Shown: piece by piece, positions 55,677 to 64,000 of the stretch
Position numbering within the stretch: the first letter of the stretch is position 1
Layout of the letters: the number at the start of each line of letters is the position of its first letter
Assembly (NCBI GenBank): GCA_048270185.1
Contig: JBLWTJ010000002.1
Span: 224,001-288,000, forward strand
Length of the DNA stretch: 64,000 nt
Origin: Bacteriovoracaceae bacterium
Lineage (GTDB): Bacteria; Bdellovibrionota; Bacteriovoracia; Bacteriovoracales; Bacteriovoracaceae
Reading direction: 5' to 3'
Notes under the pieces: generated by a model
The model's database searches: none
Told to the model about the DNA's origin: nothing
The model's input: only the letters and a program-made list of their open reading frames with translations
Translations under genes and position numbers: made by a program

Positions 55677-58532
55677 CTAGAGAGAGATCTGGAGCTTTAG
55701 CCCTAGACTCGAAGATTTTGATGAATCGGAAGTATTCTCAAGCGACTGGTACTTTAAACCGACTTCATACTTATCAGATAGTTTATAAGAGAGCTGCCCA
55801 TCAAGTCCCTTGTAATTCATAATGAAGTAACCTAATTGAAAATTAAATTCTCCAAAGTTAGCTCCGATATAAGGTGCAACATTAAAGAAGAACTCACTTG
55901 TTGATTCAACAACACTACCTGAGTAAGACAATTCGCTTCGATATTCGACTTGAAGAATTGAGCCATAACCAAAACGACCTTGGTTCTTCTTTGTCTTCAC
56001 TTGAAGACGTGTTCGGTTAAAGGCAATATCTTCAAACACAAGACCGGCACTATGAAGAACGCTGGCATCGATCTCGTATTCAGCTAACTTAATATTCTTT
56101 CCGACTTGGAATGAAATGAAATTCGTATCATCAACTTTCAGGTTTTTACCGCTACTAACTTTTTCATAAGTTGTCATCTCTGGTAAATAAGAGAAGTAAT
56201 ATGGTGACCTTTTCTTTTGCCCTTTTGGATCTGCAACTTTCGTCATGACAGGCTTTCTAACTTTTAAGACATCAATACGACGTTTTTTCGAATAAAGAAT
56301 ATCCCCTTTCTCAACAGCACGAACACGCCAATAGAAAGAATCATCAAGATTATTCTTAAAACGATAACTATTCTCTAACCCTAGAGGGATTTCTTTAATT
56401 TCTTTAAAGTACTTATCTTTTGAGATTTCAAGATAGAACTTATCTCCGCGAACTTTTTTAAAATTGAGTTCAACAACATTACCTTCTTTAATCTTTGTAC
56501 CGTGGCGCGGAGAAACTAAATCAACAGCATCCGCACCTCCAAATTTCTTTGTGATAATTAGATCTTCAACTTCAGAAAATGGGCTCTCTTGATTCCAATA
56601 ATCAATGGCAGCGACTCGCCACTGGAAGTGTCCAGTTGAATAGTCCTTCCAATAGAATTGATTAAGACCAACTTTTTCATCGAGAACGATCTTAGTTCCA
56701 TCAAGAATCTGAATGCGATATTCTTTAACATCATTCACCGCCTCCCAAGTCAATCTAACACTCTCTTGTGCCTGAGCAGGAGAAATCAGAAGATCAAGTA
56801 ATGACCATAATGGTGATAACTTATTTACTTCAACTCGTTTTTCAATCTTCTTAATCTTCGGTGATGCCGGCGGAGGTGGTGGCACAACAATAATTTTCAC
56901 AGGAGCAACAAATTTATTCTCTTCATTCTTAACGCGCCAATAGAATGTTCCAAGCTCTTTAACTAAGAATTTCGTATTATTACTATTTGCCTTAATCACT
57001 TCATTAAGATTCTCAAATTTTCGATCTCTTGCAATCTCTACGATAAAGTCTTCTTTGTCAGAAGCTCCTTGTCGCCAAGTGAGATCAATGACGTCTCCTG
57101 GTTTTTTAACGACAATTTTTCGCCCCTCTTTAAGAGCGCTATTATCGCGATCAAAAGTAACATTAAACTCATTCTCCTTTGACTTAGTGATGAGTTCATC
57201 ATTTAGGAAGTACTCAAGCGACCAAGTGTACTCACCTGTCTCTGTCACATCCATTGTGAACGAATTCCCTACAGTCGGATAGCGGTTATTGTTAATGACT
57301 ATATATGTTTTAACATCCGCGAAGAGATCTTGTGCCTGCCAGCTAAAGCGTATCTTATTAGGAGTGTAGAAATAGTACTCCTCTCCTTGAAATGGTCTTT
57401 TAAGTGTTATCTCACTTGGCGAACTAACTACTTTAATAAGAGCTTCTTTAGAATATAGTGCATAAGGATGCTCTTCAGACTTATTTCGATAAGATACTTT
57501 ATACTCACCAACTTCTTCAAAAGATAAGTTTAACTCTCCATCACTATAGTCAAAGTCAGTATACTCTCCTCCATTGACTTGAAGTTCAATCTCATCAAAT
57601 TTTTCAGTGTAAATTTTCTTGCTGCGATTAAGAAGAACAACATTTTCACTTTCACTGATATTTTCAAACTCAGGAACTCTTTCATAAATTACTTCAAATG
57701 ATTTATCACTTGAGATATTTAAGTCCTGACTCACTTGCCAGTAGTAGATTCCTTCTTTTAAATTCTTAACAGAAGTACTCTTCCCCTTAACATCAATAAC
57801 TTCACCATTTTCAAGTGCTGGCCTATTTGATGAAAGGTGGAGCTTTTCAACGGCTTCACTAAACTCAAAATTAATGACATTACTTTCATTTACATAAAAG
57901 ATCTTCCCATCAAGAGGAGTGAATTCTTCAGGCCAGCTCTTTTTGATCTCATAGCTATCATTTGTTAAAACGACTCGCACACCTTTGGAAATAGTCTCTT
58001 CAACATTTCCAAGTTTAACTTTTGCTTGTCCTTCTAAAACAGAAAGTTCTTTATTTCCATTTTCAGTTGAAATTTTAATCTTTGAATTATCAGATTTAAT
58101 TTCATAAATCTGATCGCCTACTTTTACGACAAAGGCTTCATTGGCATTATTTAACGTTGCAAAGACGACACCTTGCTCGATATTAAGATTGATCCCATCT
58201 GTTTCTTGTGTGATTTTAAAAAGGCTTTCTTCTGATACATTGATTTCATTACCAGAGCTAAACTTAAGCTTGGCCGTTGAGTCTTTATCAGTAAAGATAC
58301 GATCGTTATGAAAGAGTGCTTCTTTATTTCCAAGATCATGCCATGAGAAATTATCAAAGCTTCTTCGACGTACATCATTCTTAAGGTCAAAGACTTCACC
58401 AAGAGTAATTCTCTCCCCACCCATGATTGGAGGAATATAAGATGAATTAAAGACGTGGTTCCCCGCAAAGACTGCAACACACAGACAGATGAAGATTATG
58501 AATGTATCAACTAATGAATTTAGTCGCCCCAA
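55677..58532 (-). CDS. FecR-domain protein with FN3/Ig-like repeats and a possible C-terminal barrel
   Basis: NDVRRR...W...DRIFTDKDSTAKL...SVLEG (FecR); repeated YYWQV/FYWRV/FQWRV motifs. Confidence 0.8.
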   Translation of the reverse strand: MGRLNSLVDTFIIFICLCVAVFAGNHVFNSSYIPPIMGGERITLGEVFDLKNDVRRRSFDNFSWHDLGNKEALFHNDRIFTDKDSTAKLKFSSGNEINVSEESLFKITQETDGINLNIEQGVVFATLNNANEAFVVKVGDQIYEIKSDNSKIKISTENGNKELSVLEGQAKVKLGNVEETISKGVRVVLTNDSYEIKKSWPEEFTPLDGKIFYVNESNVINFEFSEAVEKLHLSSNRPALENGEVIDVKGKSTSVKNLKEGIYYWQVSQDLNISSDKSFEVIYERVPEFENISESENVVLLNRSKKIYTEKFDEIELQVNGGEYTDFDYSDGELNLSFEEVGEYKVSYRNKSEEHPYALYSKEALIKVVSSPSEITLKRPFQGEEYYFYTPNKIRFSWQAQDLFADVKTYIVINNNRYPTVGNSFTMDVTETGEYTWSLEYFLNDELITKSKENEFNVTFDRDNSALKEGRKIVVKKPGDVIDLTWRQGASDKEDFIVEIARDRKFENLNEVIKANSNNTKFLVKELGTFYWRVKNEENKFVAPVKIIVVPPPPPASPKIKKIEKRVEVNKLSPLWSLLDLLISPAQAQESVRLTWEAVNDVKEYRIQILDGTKIVLDEKVGLNQFYWKDYSTGHFQWRVAAIDYWNQESPFSEVEDLIITKKFGGADAVDLVSPRHGTKIKEGNVVELNFKKVRGDKFYLEISKDKYFKEIKEIPLGLENSYRFKNNLDDSFYWRVRAVEKGDILYSKKRRIDVLKVRKPVMTKVADPKGQKKRSPYYFSYLPEMTTYEKVSSGKNLKVDDTNFISFQVGKNIKLAEYEIDASVLHSAGLVFEDIAFNRTRLQVKTKKNQGRFGYGSILQVEYRSELSYSGSVVESTSEFFFNVAPYIGANFGEFNFQLGYFIMNYKGLDGQLSYKLSDKYEVGLKYQSLENTSDSSKSSSLGLKLQISL

Positions 58533-58628
58533 AATTTATCCTGGTACTCTTTTCTCATTCTTGCACATGACGCAAATCGTTAATATCATTGTATCTAATA
58601 TTTCAATTGACTTCTACGTAGGTAAAAT

Positions 58629-60353
58629 ATGGGCAAAAAGCCGACATTTCCGATCAAGTTTAAATTAATTACGATTAATACGCTTCTGCTCATCGTGGTT
58701 ATTGTCTTTCTCACAAAGTACTCAACTCATCTGTTTGAGAAGGATAAGAAAGCTTATCTCTATGAAAACTCGCTCTTTAATGTCACGAGTGTGGCCAAGG
58801 AATTCAACTATACACTGACACGTGTAAAGACTGATTTACAAAATCTTGCTCTTATTAAGAATCGAAAACTAAAAGTGAAAGCGATCAGTGAAACAAAGTA
58901 TATCCTCGCCTATCGAGAGAAGAATGATTTTGTTATTAATCGCGACTTCGACAAGGATGAGAATAATTTTAAATTGGCCATTCCAAGTCTTGATCGTCCA
59001 GATCTAATTAAGACATTTAAGTTTGATAACGAAGACTACGCTGTCATTTCGGCCAAGGTCAAAAAAGAAATTGTGGCCATTGTTATTAAGGCCAATATTT
59101 TAAAGAACCTTCTGTCTCAGAATCGTACTTATAATACTGTCGTCTTAAAAGACGGTGAGATGATCTTAGGTAATGATCTAATCGGCCTTGCTTCTTATGA
59201 TAAGAACGAGTTTCAGGGAAATAATATTGTAAAGAAGGTAAGAATTAATAATGATGAATACTTAATTTCAATTGCTCAGACCAAGGCCTTTGGACTATCA
59301 ATCGTTTCAACGATATCTGAATCTGATGCCTTATCTGTTACAAAATTTCTGATTCAAAGAGCAATTTACTTTGCTATCTTCATCATTGCTTTATCGACTA
59401 TCATTATCGTCTTTCTCTCTCGTGGACTCTCTAAACCAATTGAAAAGCTTTATCAAAGAGCTCTTAGTATTGGTCAAGGTGACTTTGAATCAACTGTTGA
59501 AATCAAGACCCGCGATGAGCTTGGAACTCTTGGTGATTCATTTAATCAAATGAGTCAGGACATTCTTCAGTATATTGATAAGATGAAAGAGAAAGCGCGA
59601 TTAGACGAGGAAGTAAAAGTTGCAAAGCTTGTTCAAGAAGAATTCTTTCCACCAAAAGATATAGAAAATGATAGTGTTTGTATTAGCTCTTACGCGGCTC
59701 CTGCTTCTGAGTGTGGTGGCGACTGGTGGGGACATTATGAATTTAACGAATATATTATTACCATCATTGCAGATGCCACTGGACACGGACTTCCGGCCGC
59801 TCTTTTAACTTCGGCCATTAACTCGGCTTTTAATAGTATTAAAATAAGACTTAATGAGGACCCAACTCAACTATCCCCTGCTCTCATTACCTCTCATTTA
59901 AATAAAGTAATTAATCTTTCAAATAACCAAATTCTTCTTACTGCCTTTATCTCTGTTTATAATACAAAGACAAAGGAGTATTCATACACCAATGCAAGTC
60001 ACTTAGAAGTTTTAAAAGTTCCTAAAAAAGACGAAATCACAAAAGCAGATATCCTCCCTCTTCTTGAAGCCAAAGGCCCAAGACTTGGAGACAAAGAGGA
60101 TTCAACTTATTCGTATGAAACGATTATTCTCGAACCAGGTGAGCTTTTAGTTTATATGACTGATGGTATTACTGAAGCGGAAAATACTGATGGCAAACAA
60201 TGGGGCCTAAGAAATCTCTTAAAAATACTAATGTCATATAGTAAACACACGAGCAAAGAAATTCGTGATACAATAGTTTCTGTTGTATACGATCACAGAG
60301 GAAGTGATTCATTTGATGATGACCTCACTCTCATTTGCTTGGAGATAAAGTAG
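58629..60353 (+). CDS. Membrane SpoIIE/PP2C-type phosphatase with HAMP domain
   Basis: HAMP (RDELGTLGDSFNQM); GGDW, ADATGHG, TDGITE, DDLT. Confidence 0.92.
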   Translation: MGKKPTFPIKFKLITINTLLLIVVIVFLTKYSTHLFEKDKKAYLYENSLFNVTSVAKEFNYTLTRVKTDLQNLALIKNRKLKVKAISETKYILAYREKNDFVINRDFDKDENNFKLAIPSLDRPDLIKTFKFDNEDYAVISAKVKKEIVAIVIKANILKNLLSQNRTYNTVVLKDGEMILGNDLIGLASYDKNEFQGNNIVKKVRINNDEYLISIAQTKAFGLSIVSTISESDALSVTKFLIQRAIYFAIFIIALSTIIIVFLSRGLSKPIEKLYQRALSIGQGDFESTVEIKTRDELGTLGDSFNQMSQDILQYIDKMKEKARLDEEVKVAKLVQEEFFPPKDIENDSVCISSYAAPASECGGDWWGHYEFNEYIITIIADATGHGLPAALLTSAINSAFNSIKIRLNEDPTQLSPALITSHLNKVINLSNNQILLTAFISVYNTKTKEYSYTNASHLEVLKVPKKDEITKADILPLLEAKGPRLGDKEDSTYSYETIILEPGELLVYMTDGITEAENTDGKQWGLRNLLKILMSYSKHTSKEIRDTIVSVVYDHRGSDSFDDDLTLICLEIK

Positions 60354-61114
60354 TGCATATGGGGATTAAGTTAGAAATACAAAATTCTGAATTTAAAGAA
60401 CTCGAAAAACTGCAACTTAGTTCGCCTAAGTTTGATTTAAAAATCAGTGATGAACTAAAGAGTGATAGTGATATTTTCGTTAGTCGCTATGATACACTTA
60501 TTAACCTTAAGTATCTTAAGGATAAGAAGACCAATCATATTATTGGCACCTCTCCTAGCATTGAAGATGAGCTAAAAAAAATCATAAGTTTTATCAATGA
60601 TCATAAGACAAATACAATTGAAGGCCGCATTGATGAGCATGGTTTTAAGACCGTTGAGATATCAAATGAGAGCGATTTCGATGCAAAGTACTTACAACTA
60701 GTTAAGGATATTGACCTCAATGGTTATCACGATAGTATCAATAATAAATTAAAATTAGTTACCAATGAATTCTATACAAATGACATTTTTCACCGTGTAA
60801 GTAATCAAAAATACGGAGAAATATCTATTTCGCAAAACTCAACGAAAATAATCGTAAATTACAAGAGTTATACTAATGTAGCAAAATCTCAAATTGTGGA
60901 CTCACTTTACCGAGCAGCAAAGGAGAAAACACCGAGACAAGAAGGACGCGGGGCCGGCCTTGGAATGTATATGATTCTAAAGAATTGCGATCGACTACAA
61001 ATCGTTGAAAGAAAAGATGTAACAGACTTCTACGTCTATTTTGAAATGAATAAAAGATATAAAGAGATGAGTAAGAGAATACCATCGATTAGTTTCTATA
61101 ATTTAAAGGATTAA
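60335..61114 (+). CDS. HATPase-like (anti-sigma kinase-like) protein; start uncertain
   Basis: NEFYTN (N-box-like) and GRGAGLGMYMI (G2 box). Confidence 0.6.
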   Translation: MLGDKVVHMGIKLEIQNSEFKELEKLQLSSPKFDLKISDELKSDSDIFVSRYDTLINLKYLKDKKTNHIIGTSPSIEDELKKIISFINDHKTNTIEGRIDEHGFKTVEISNESDFDAKYLQLVKDIDLNGYHDSINNKLKLVTNEFYTNDIFHRVSNQKYGEISISQNSTKIIVNYKSYTNVAKSQIVDSLYRAAKEKTPRQEGRGAGLGMYMILKNCDRLQIVERKDVTDFYVYFEMNKRYKEMSKRIPSISFYNLKD

Positions 61115-61117
61115 AGA

Positions 61118-61576
61118 ATGAGTAACTTAAAGGTCGATATTAAGGCCGAAAACGATGAAACAATTTTAACACTAACTGGTCGAATTGATGAGGATGCAGA
61201 TCTATCTCCAATTCTCGATCACAAAGATAAGAACCTTCATATCAATTTCAATCACGTTGATATGATTAACTCTTGTGGAATCAGAGAGTGGATCAACATG
61301 CTTGATCAACTCAAAGGTAAAATTACTTATTCTCATTGCCCACAAGCTGTTATCGAGCAAGTGAATATGGTTCACGGTTTTATTAAACCGGGAATCAATG
61401 TTGAGAGCTTCTATGCTCCCTACTATGAAGAATCAAGTGATGACGTAAAAATGATGTTAATCAAAACTAGTGACGTCGTTGATAATAAAGCACCTGTACT
61501 TAAAAATGACGATGGTGAAGAACTTGAATTTGATGCTATTGAAGCTCAGTACTTTCAATTTATTAAACAAATGTAA
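61118..61576 (+). CDS. STAS-like anti-sigma-factor antagonist
   Basis: LTLTGRIDEDAD...VDMINSCGIREW. Confidence 0.7.
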   Translation: MSNLKVDIKAENDETILTLTGRIDEDADLSPILDHKDKNLHINFNHVDMINSCGIREWINMLDQLKGKITYSHCPQAVIEQVNMVHGFIKPGINVESFYAPYYEESSDDVKMMLIKTSDVVDNKAPVLKNDDGEELEFDAIEAQYFQFIKQM

Positions 61577-61588
61577 CGAAAGGCTATA

Positions 61589-63061
61589 ATGAAAGACTAC
61601 TCACTATACGACTCAGTTTTTGAACCAATTTGTGTCATCAACGATAAGTATGAAATCACATATTATAATCACTTCTTTGCTTCCTTCTTTAAGAAGTCTC
61701 CAAGAATTTTAAAGAAAGGCCCTACTCTCCAATCCCTATTCACTGGATTTGAGCTAGGTAATTTTTTAGAAGATGCAAAAGATATTAAGATTGGGCCAGA
61801 AGTTGAGATTTTCTTAGATGATCAGACTTTCTATCACGTCATTATAAAATCCATTGAGTGTGAAGATGGGCACGTCATTTGTTTTAATGATATTAGTATT
61901 GAAAAGAATCTCTATACAAAGTATCGCTATCAAATTGAAGAGCTAAAAAATATTCATAATCAAATTATTCAAGCAGATAAGCTAAGTACGATTGGAGAAA
62001 TTACGGCGACAATTTCACACGAAATTTCTAACCCTCTAACGATTGCTTCAGGAAACTTAGAACTTATCGATGCACTTCTTCTTAATGCACAGATTGAAGC
62101 AAAAGATATTATTACTGCAAGTGTGGAAGATACAAAAGATTCAATCAACCGAATTACAAAGATCATTAAAGGATTAAAAGGTTTCTTACATAATAAAGAT
62201 AGTGAAAAGAAATTTGTTTCTCTGGAAAAAATAATTACTAACTCACTATCTCTTCTCAAAGTTCCACTTGATCAGAATGGAATCAAGGCAACTTTTAATC
62301 CAAATACCTATTCAATAATTTGTGCCAACCCTATTGAGATTGAGCAGGTTATTATCAATATTGTCACAAATGCAATTCACGCTCTAGTTGATGCTCAAGT
62401 TGCAAACCCGACAATTGATATAAATCTTTCGGCCAACGATGTCTGCTATGTTTTAAATATTGTCGACAACGGGCCAGGGATTGCTCCTGAAAATCAAGAA
62501 CGTATCTTTGAATCCTTCTTTACGACAAAGGAAGTTGGAGAAGGGACAGGACTTGGGCTTGCCATTTCTTCTAAGATCATTGACTCATATTCAGGGGTAT
62601 TAAGACATATTCCAGAGACTTCAGGCTGTCACTTTGAAATGACACTTCCTAAAATGGAAACAACTAGTTTCACGGACAGTGAACTTAGTGTAAATCACGA
62701 CTACAAGAAAGTTCTTGTTATCGATAACGAACCTCAAATTCTAAACTTACTTGCGTCTTTCTTTGAGTATGGACCAATCAATTTAATTTTTGCTTCAAGT
62801 GCAGAAGAGGCCAAGAGAATTTTAACAGGAACAGTTGTTGATGCAATTCTTTCTGACTTTGATATGCCAGAGACAAATGGTGTTGAATTTGCAAAAGAAG
62901 TTTTAGAAGATGGTTATGATATACCAACATATATTATGTCTGGTGTTGCTGCCGAAAAAGATATTACGAAACATAGTGAAGTAAAGGGATTTATCGCTAA
63001 ACCATTCACTAAGGAAGATATACTAAATACACTAGGTATTAAGGACGGAGAGGGTAATTAA
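61589..63061 (+). CDS. Cytoplasmic hybrid histidine kinase (PAS-like, HisKA, HATPase, REC)
   Basis: ISHEISNPL, DNGPG, FFTTKEVGEGTGLGL, receiver LSDFDMP. Confidence 0.93.
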   Translation: MKDYSLYDSVFEPICVINDKYEITYYNHFFASFFKKSPRILKKGPTLQSLFTGFELGNFLEDAKDIKIGPEVEIFLDDQTFYHVIIKSIECEDGHVICFNDISIEKNLYTKYRYQIEELKNIHNQIIQADKLSTIGEITATISHEISNPLTIASGNLELIDALLLNAQIEAKDIITASVEDTKDSINRITKIIKGLKGFLHNKDSEKKFVSLEKIITNSLSLLKVPLDQNGIKATFNPNTYSIICANPIEIEQVIINIVTNAIHALVDAQVANPTIDINLSANDVCYVLNIVDNGPGIAPENQERIFESFFTTKEVGEGTGLGLAISSKIIDSYSGVLRHIPETSGCHFEMTLPKMETTSFTDSELSVNHDYKKVLVIDNEPQILNLLASFFEYGPINLIFASSAEEAKRILTGTVVDAILSDFDMPETNGVEFAKEVLEDGYDIPTYIMSGVAAEKDITKHSEVKGFIAKPFTKEDILNTLGIKDGEGN

Positions 63062-63471
63062 TGGCGTTATCACCTTCAAAATCAGCATTAGTAAAGAAGC
63101 CTTCGATTCTCATCGTTGATGATGAAGAAAAGATTTGTTTTCTAATCAAGACATTCTTGGAGCAGACAGGTGCCTTTAAAAGTATTGTAACGGCCGACTC
63201 AGTAAGTGTTGCTCTACTAAAATTAAGAAATGAAGATTTCGATCTTGTTATTATTGATTACAAACTACCTGATAAGGATGGAACTTACTTCATCGATATT
63301 GCAAGTAAATCCATGAAGTATCAAAAGCTAAAGTACTTGTTAATCTCAGGGTTTCTCGATAACCGATCAATGGTAAGTGTTATTAACTCTGGTGTAACAA
63401 ATGTTTTAGTTAAACCATTTTCACGTGATGATATTATCAACAAAGTATACGAGTTATTAAAACTTAAATAA
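63061..63471 (+). CDS. Single-domain response regulator
   Basis: ILIVDDE, IIDYKLP, KPF. Confidence 0.92.
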   Translation: MALSPSKSALVKKPSILIVDDEEKICFLIKTFLEQTGAFKSIVTADSVSVALLKLRNEDFDLVIIDYKLPDKDGTYFIDIASKSMKYQKLKYLLISGFLDNRSMVSVINSGVTNVLVKPFSRDDIINKVYELLKLK

Positions 63472-63985
63472 CACTTACATCATTTAGAAATTCATCTTTC
63501 GTAATAAGATAGCTCTTATAGTGATTACTATATGTATCAATTTCTTCTGGAGTTAGCTTTCTCTTGGCCACTGCTGGTGTTCCAATAATAAAGCTCTCAG
63601 GTGGATAGACTTTGCCAGGAGGGACGACACTTCCCCCTGCAACAATTGAGTTCTTTCCAATAATAGCACCATCAAGAATAGTGGCCCCCATTCCAATGAG
63701 ACAACCTTCTTCAACCGTACATGCATGAAGTGTTACGCTGTGACCAACACTTACATTATCTTTTACAATTAGTGGATAATCTTCCACAACATGTAACATT
63801 GTTAGGTCTTGAATATTAACATTCTCACCAATATGAATTTCGTTAACATCACCTCGGGCCACAACTTGAAACCACAAAGACGAGTTCTTTCCAAGAAAGA
63901 CTTTTCCAATAACATCAGCAGAGTCAGCGATAAAGCACCCCTCACCGACTTGTGGTTCAATATTCTTATAACGATATAAAGTCAT
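63464..63985 (-). CDS. Gamma carbonic anhydrase family (YrdA/CaiE-like) protein
   Basis: RGDVN...NIQD...H...VGH...LHAC hexapeptide repeats. Confidence 0.92.
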   Translation of the reverse strand: MTLYRYKNIEPQVGEGCFIADSADVIGKVFLGKNSSLWFQVVARGDVNEIHIGENVNIQDLTMLHVVEDYPLIVKDNVSVGHSVTLHACTVEEGCLIGMGATILDGAIIGKNSIVAGGSVVPPGKVYPPESFIIGTPAVAKRKLTPEEIDTYSNHYKSYLITKDEFLNDVSVI

Positions 63986-64000
63986 CTTAGCGCCAACCTA

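Overview
AT-rich bacterial chromosomal window. The gene content (many Sec/lipoprotein hypotheticals, RCC1/vWA and FecR proteins, FliA-type promoters) suggests a predatory Bdellovibrionota such as Bacteriovoracaceae/Halobacteriovorax; this is inference. No rRNA, tRNA, CRISPR array or intact mobile element was seen. Housekeeping and stress genes include dbpA (cut by the left edge), katG, bcp, ogt, metG, a rimK operon, two mscS, a MATE transporter, a CvrA-type antiporter and a gamma-carbonic-anhydrase-like gene. The standout feature is a self-contained locus of about 16 kb (4712-20799) built around two back-to-back sigma54 (-24/-12) promoters. The left arm encodes seven exported proteins of unknown function (two clear paralogs), then a sigma54 response regulator and a tiny HisKA-like peptide. 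The right arm encodes a secreted coiled-coil protein, a Sec-signal candidate precursor with a duplicated IRC motif, a YcaO, a GNAT, an orphan peptide-binding protein, a SagB-type dehydrogenase and a hybrid histidine kinase. This layout suggests a RiPP-like peptide signalling circuit controlling a secreted protein cassette (hypothesis). Also present are a bufferin-type MNIO (DUF692) cluster with a lipoprotein precursor and ECF promoter, an Hpt::CheR pseudogene scar, a putative partner-switching module and several sigma28-type promoters. All family calls were made by eye from motifs; no database searches were run.
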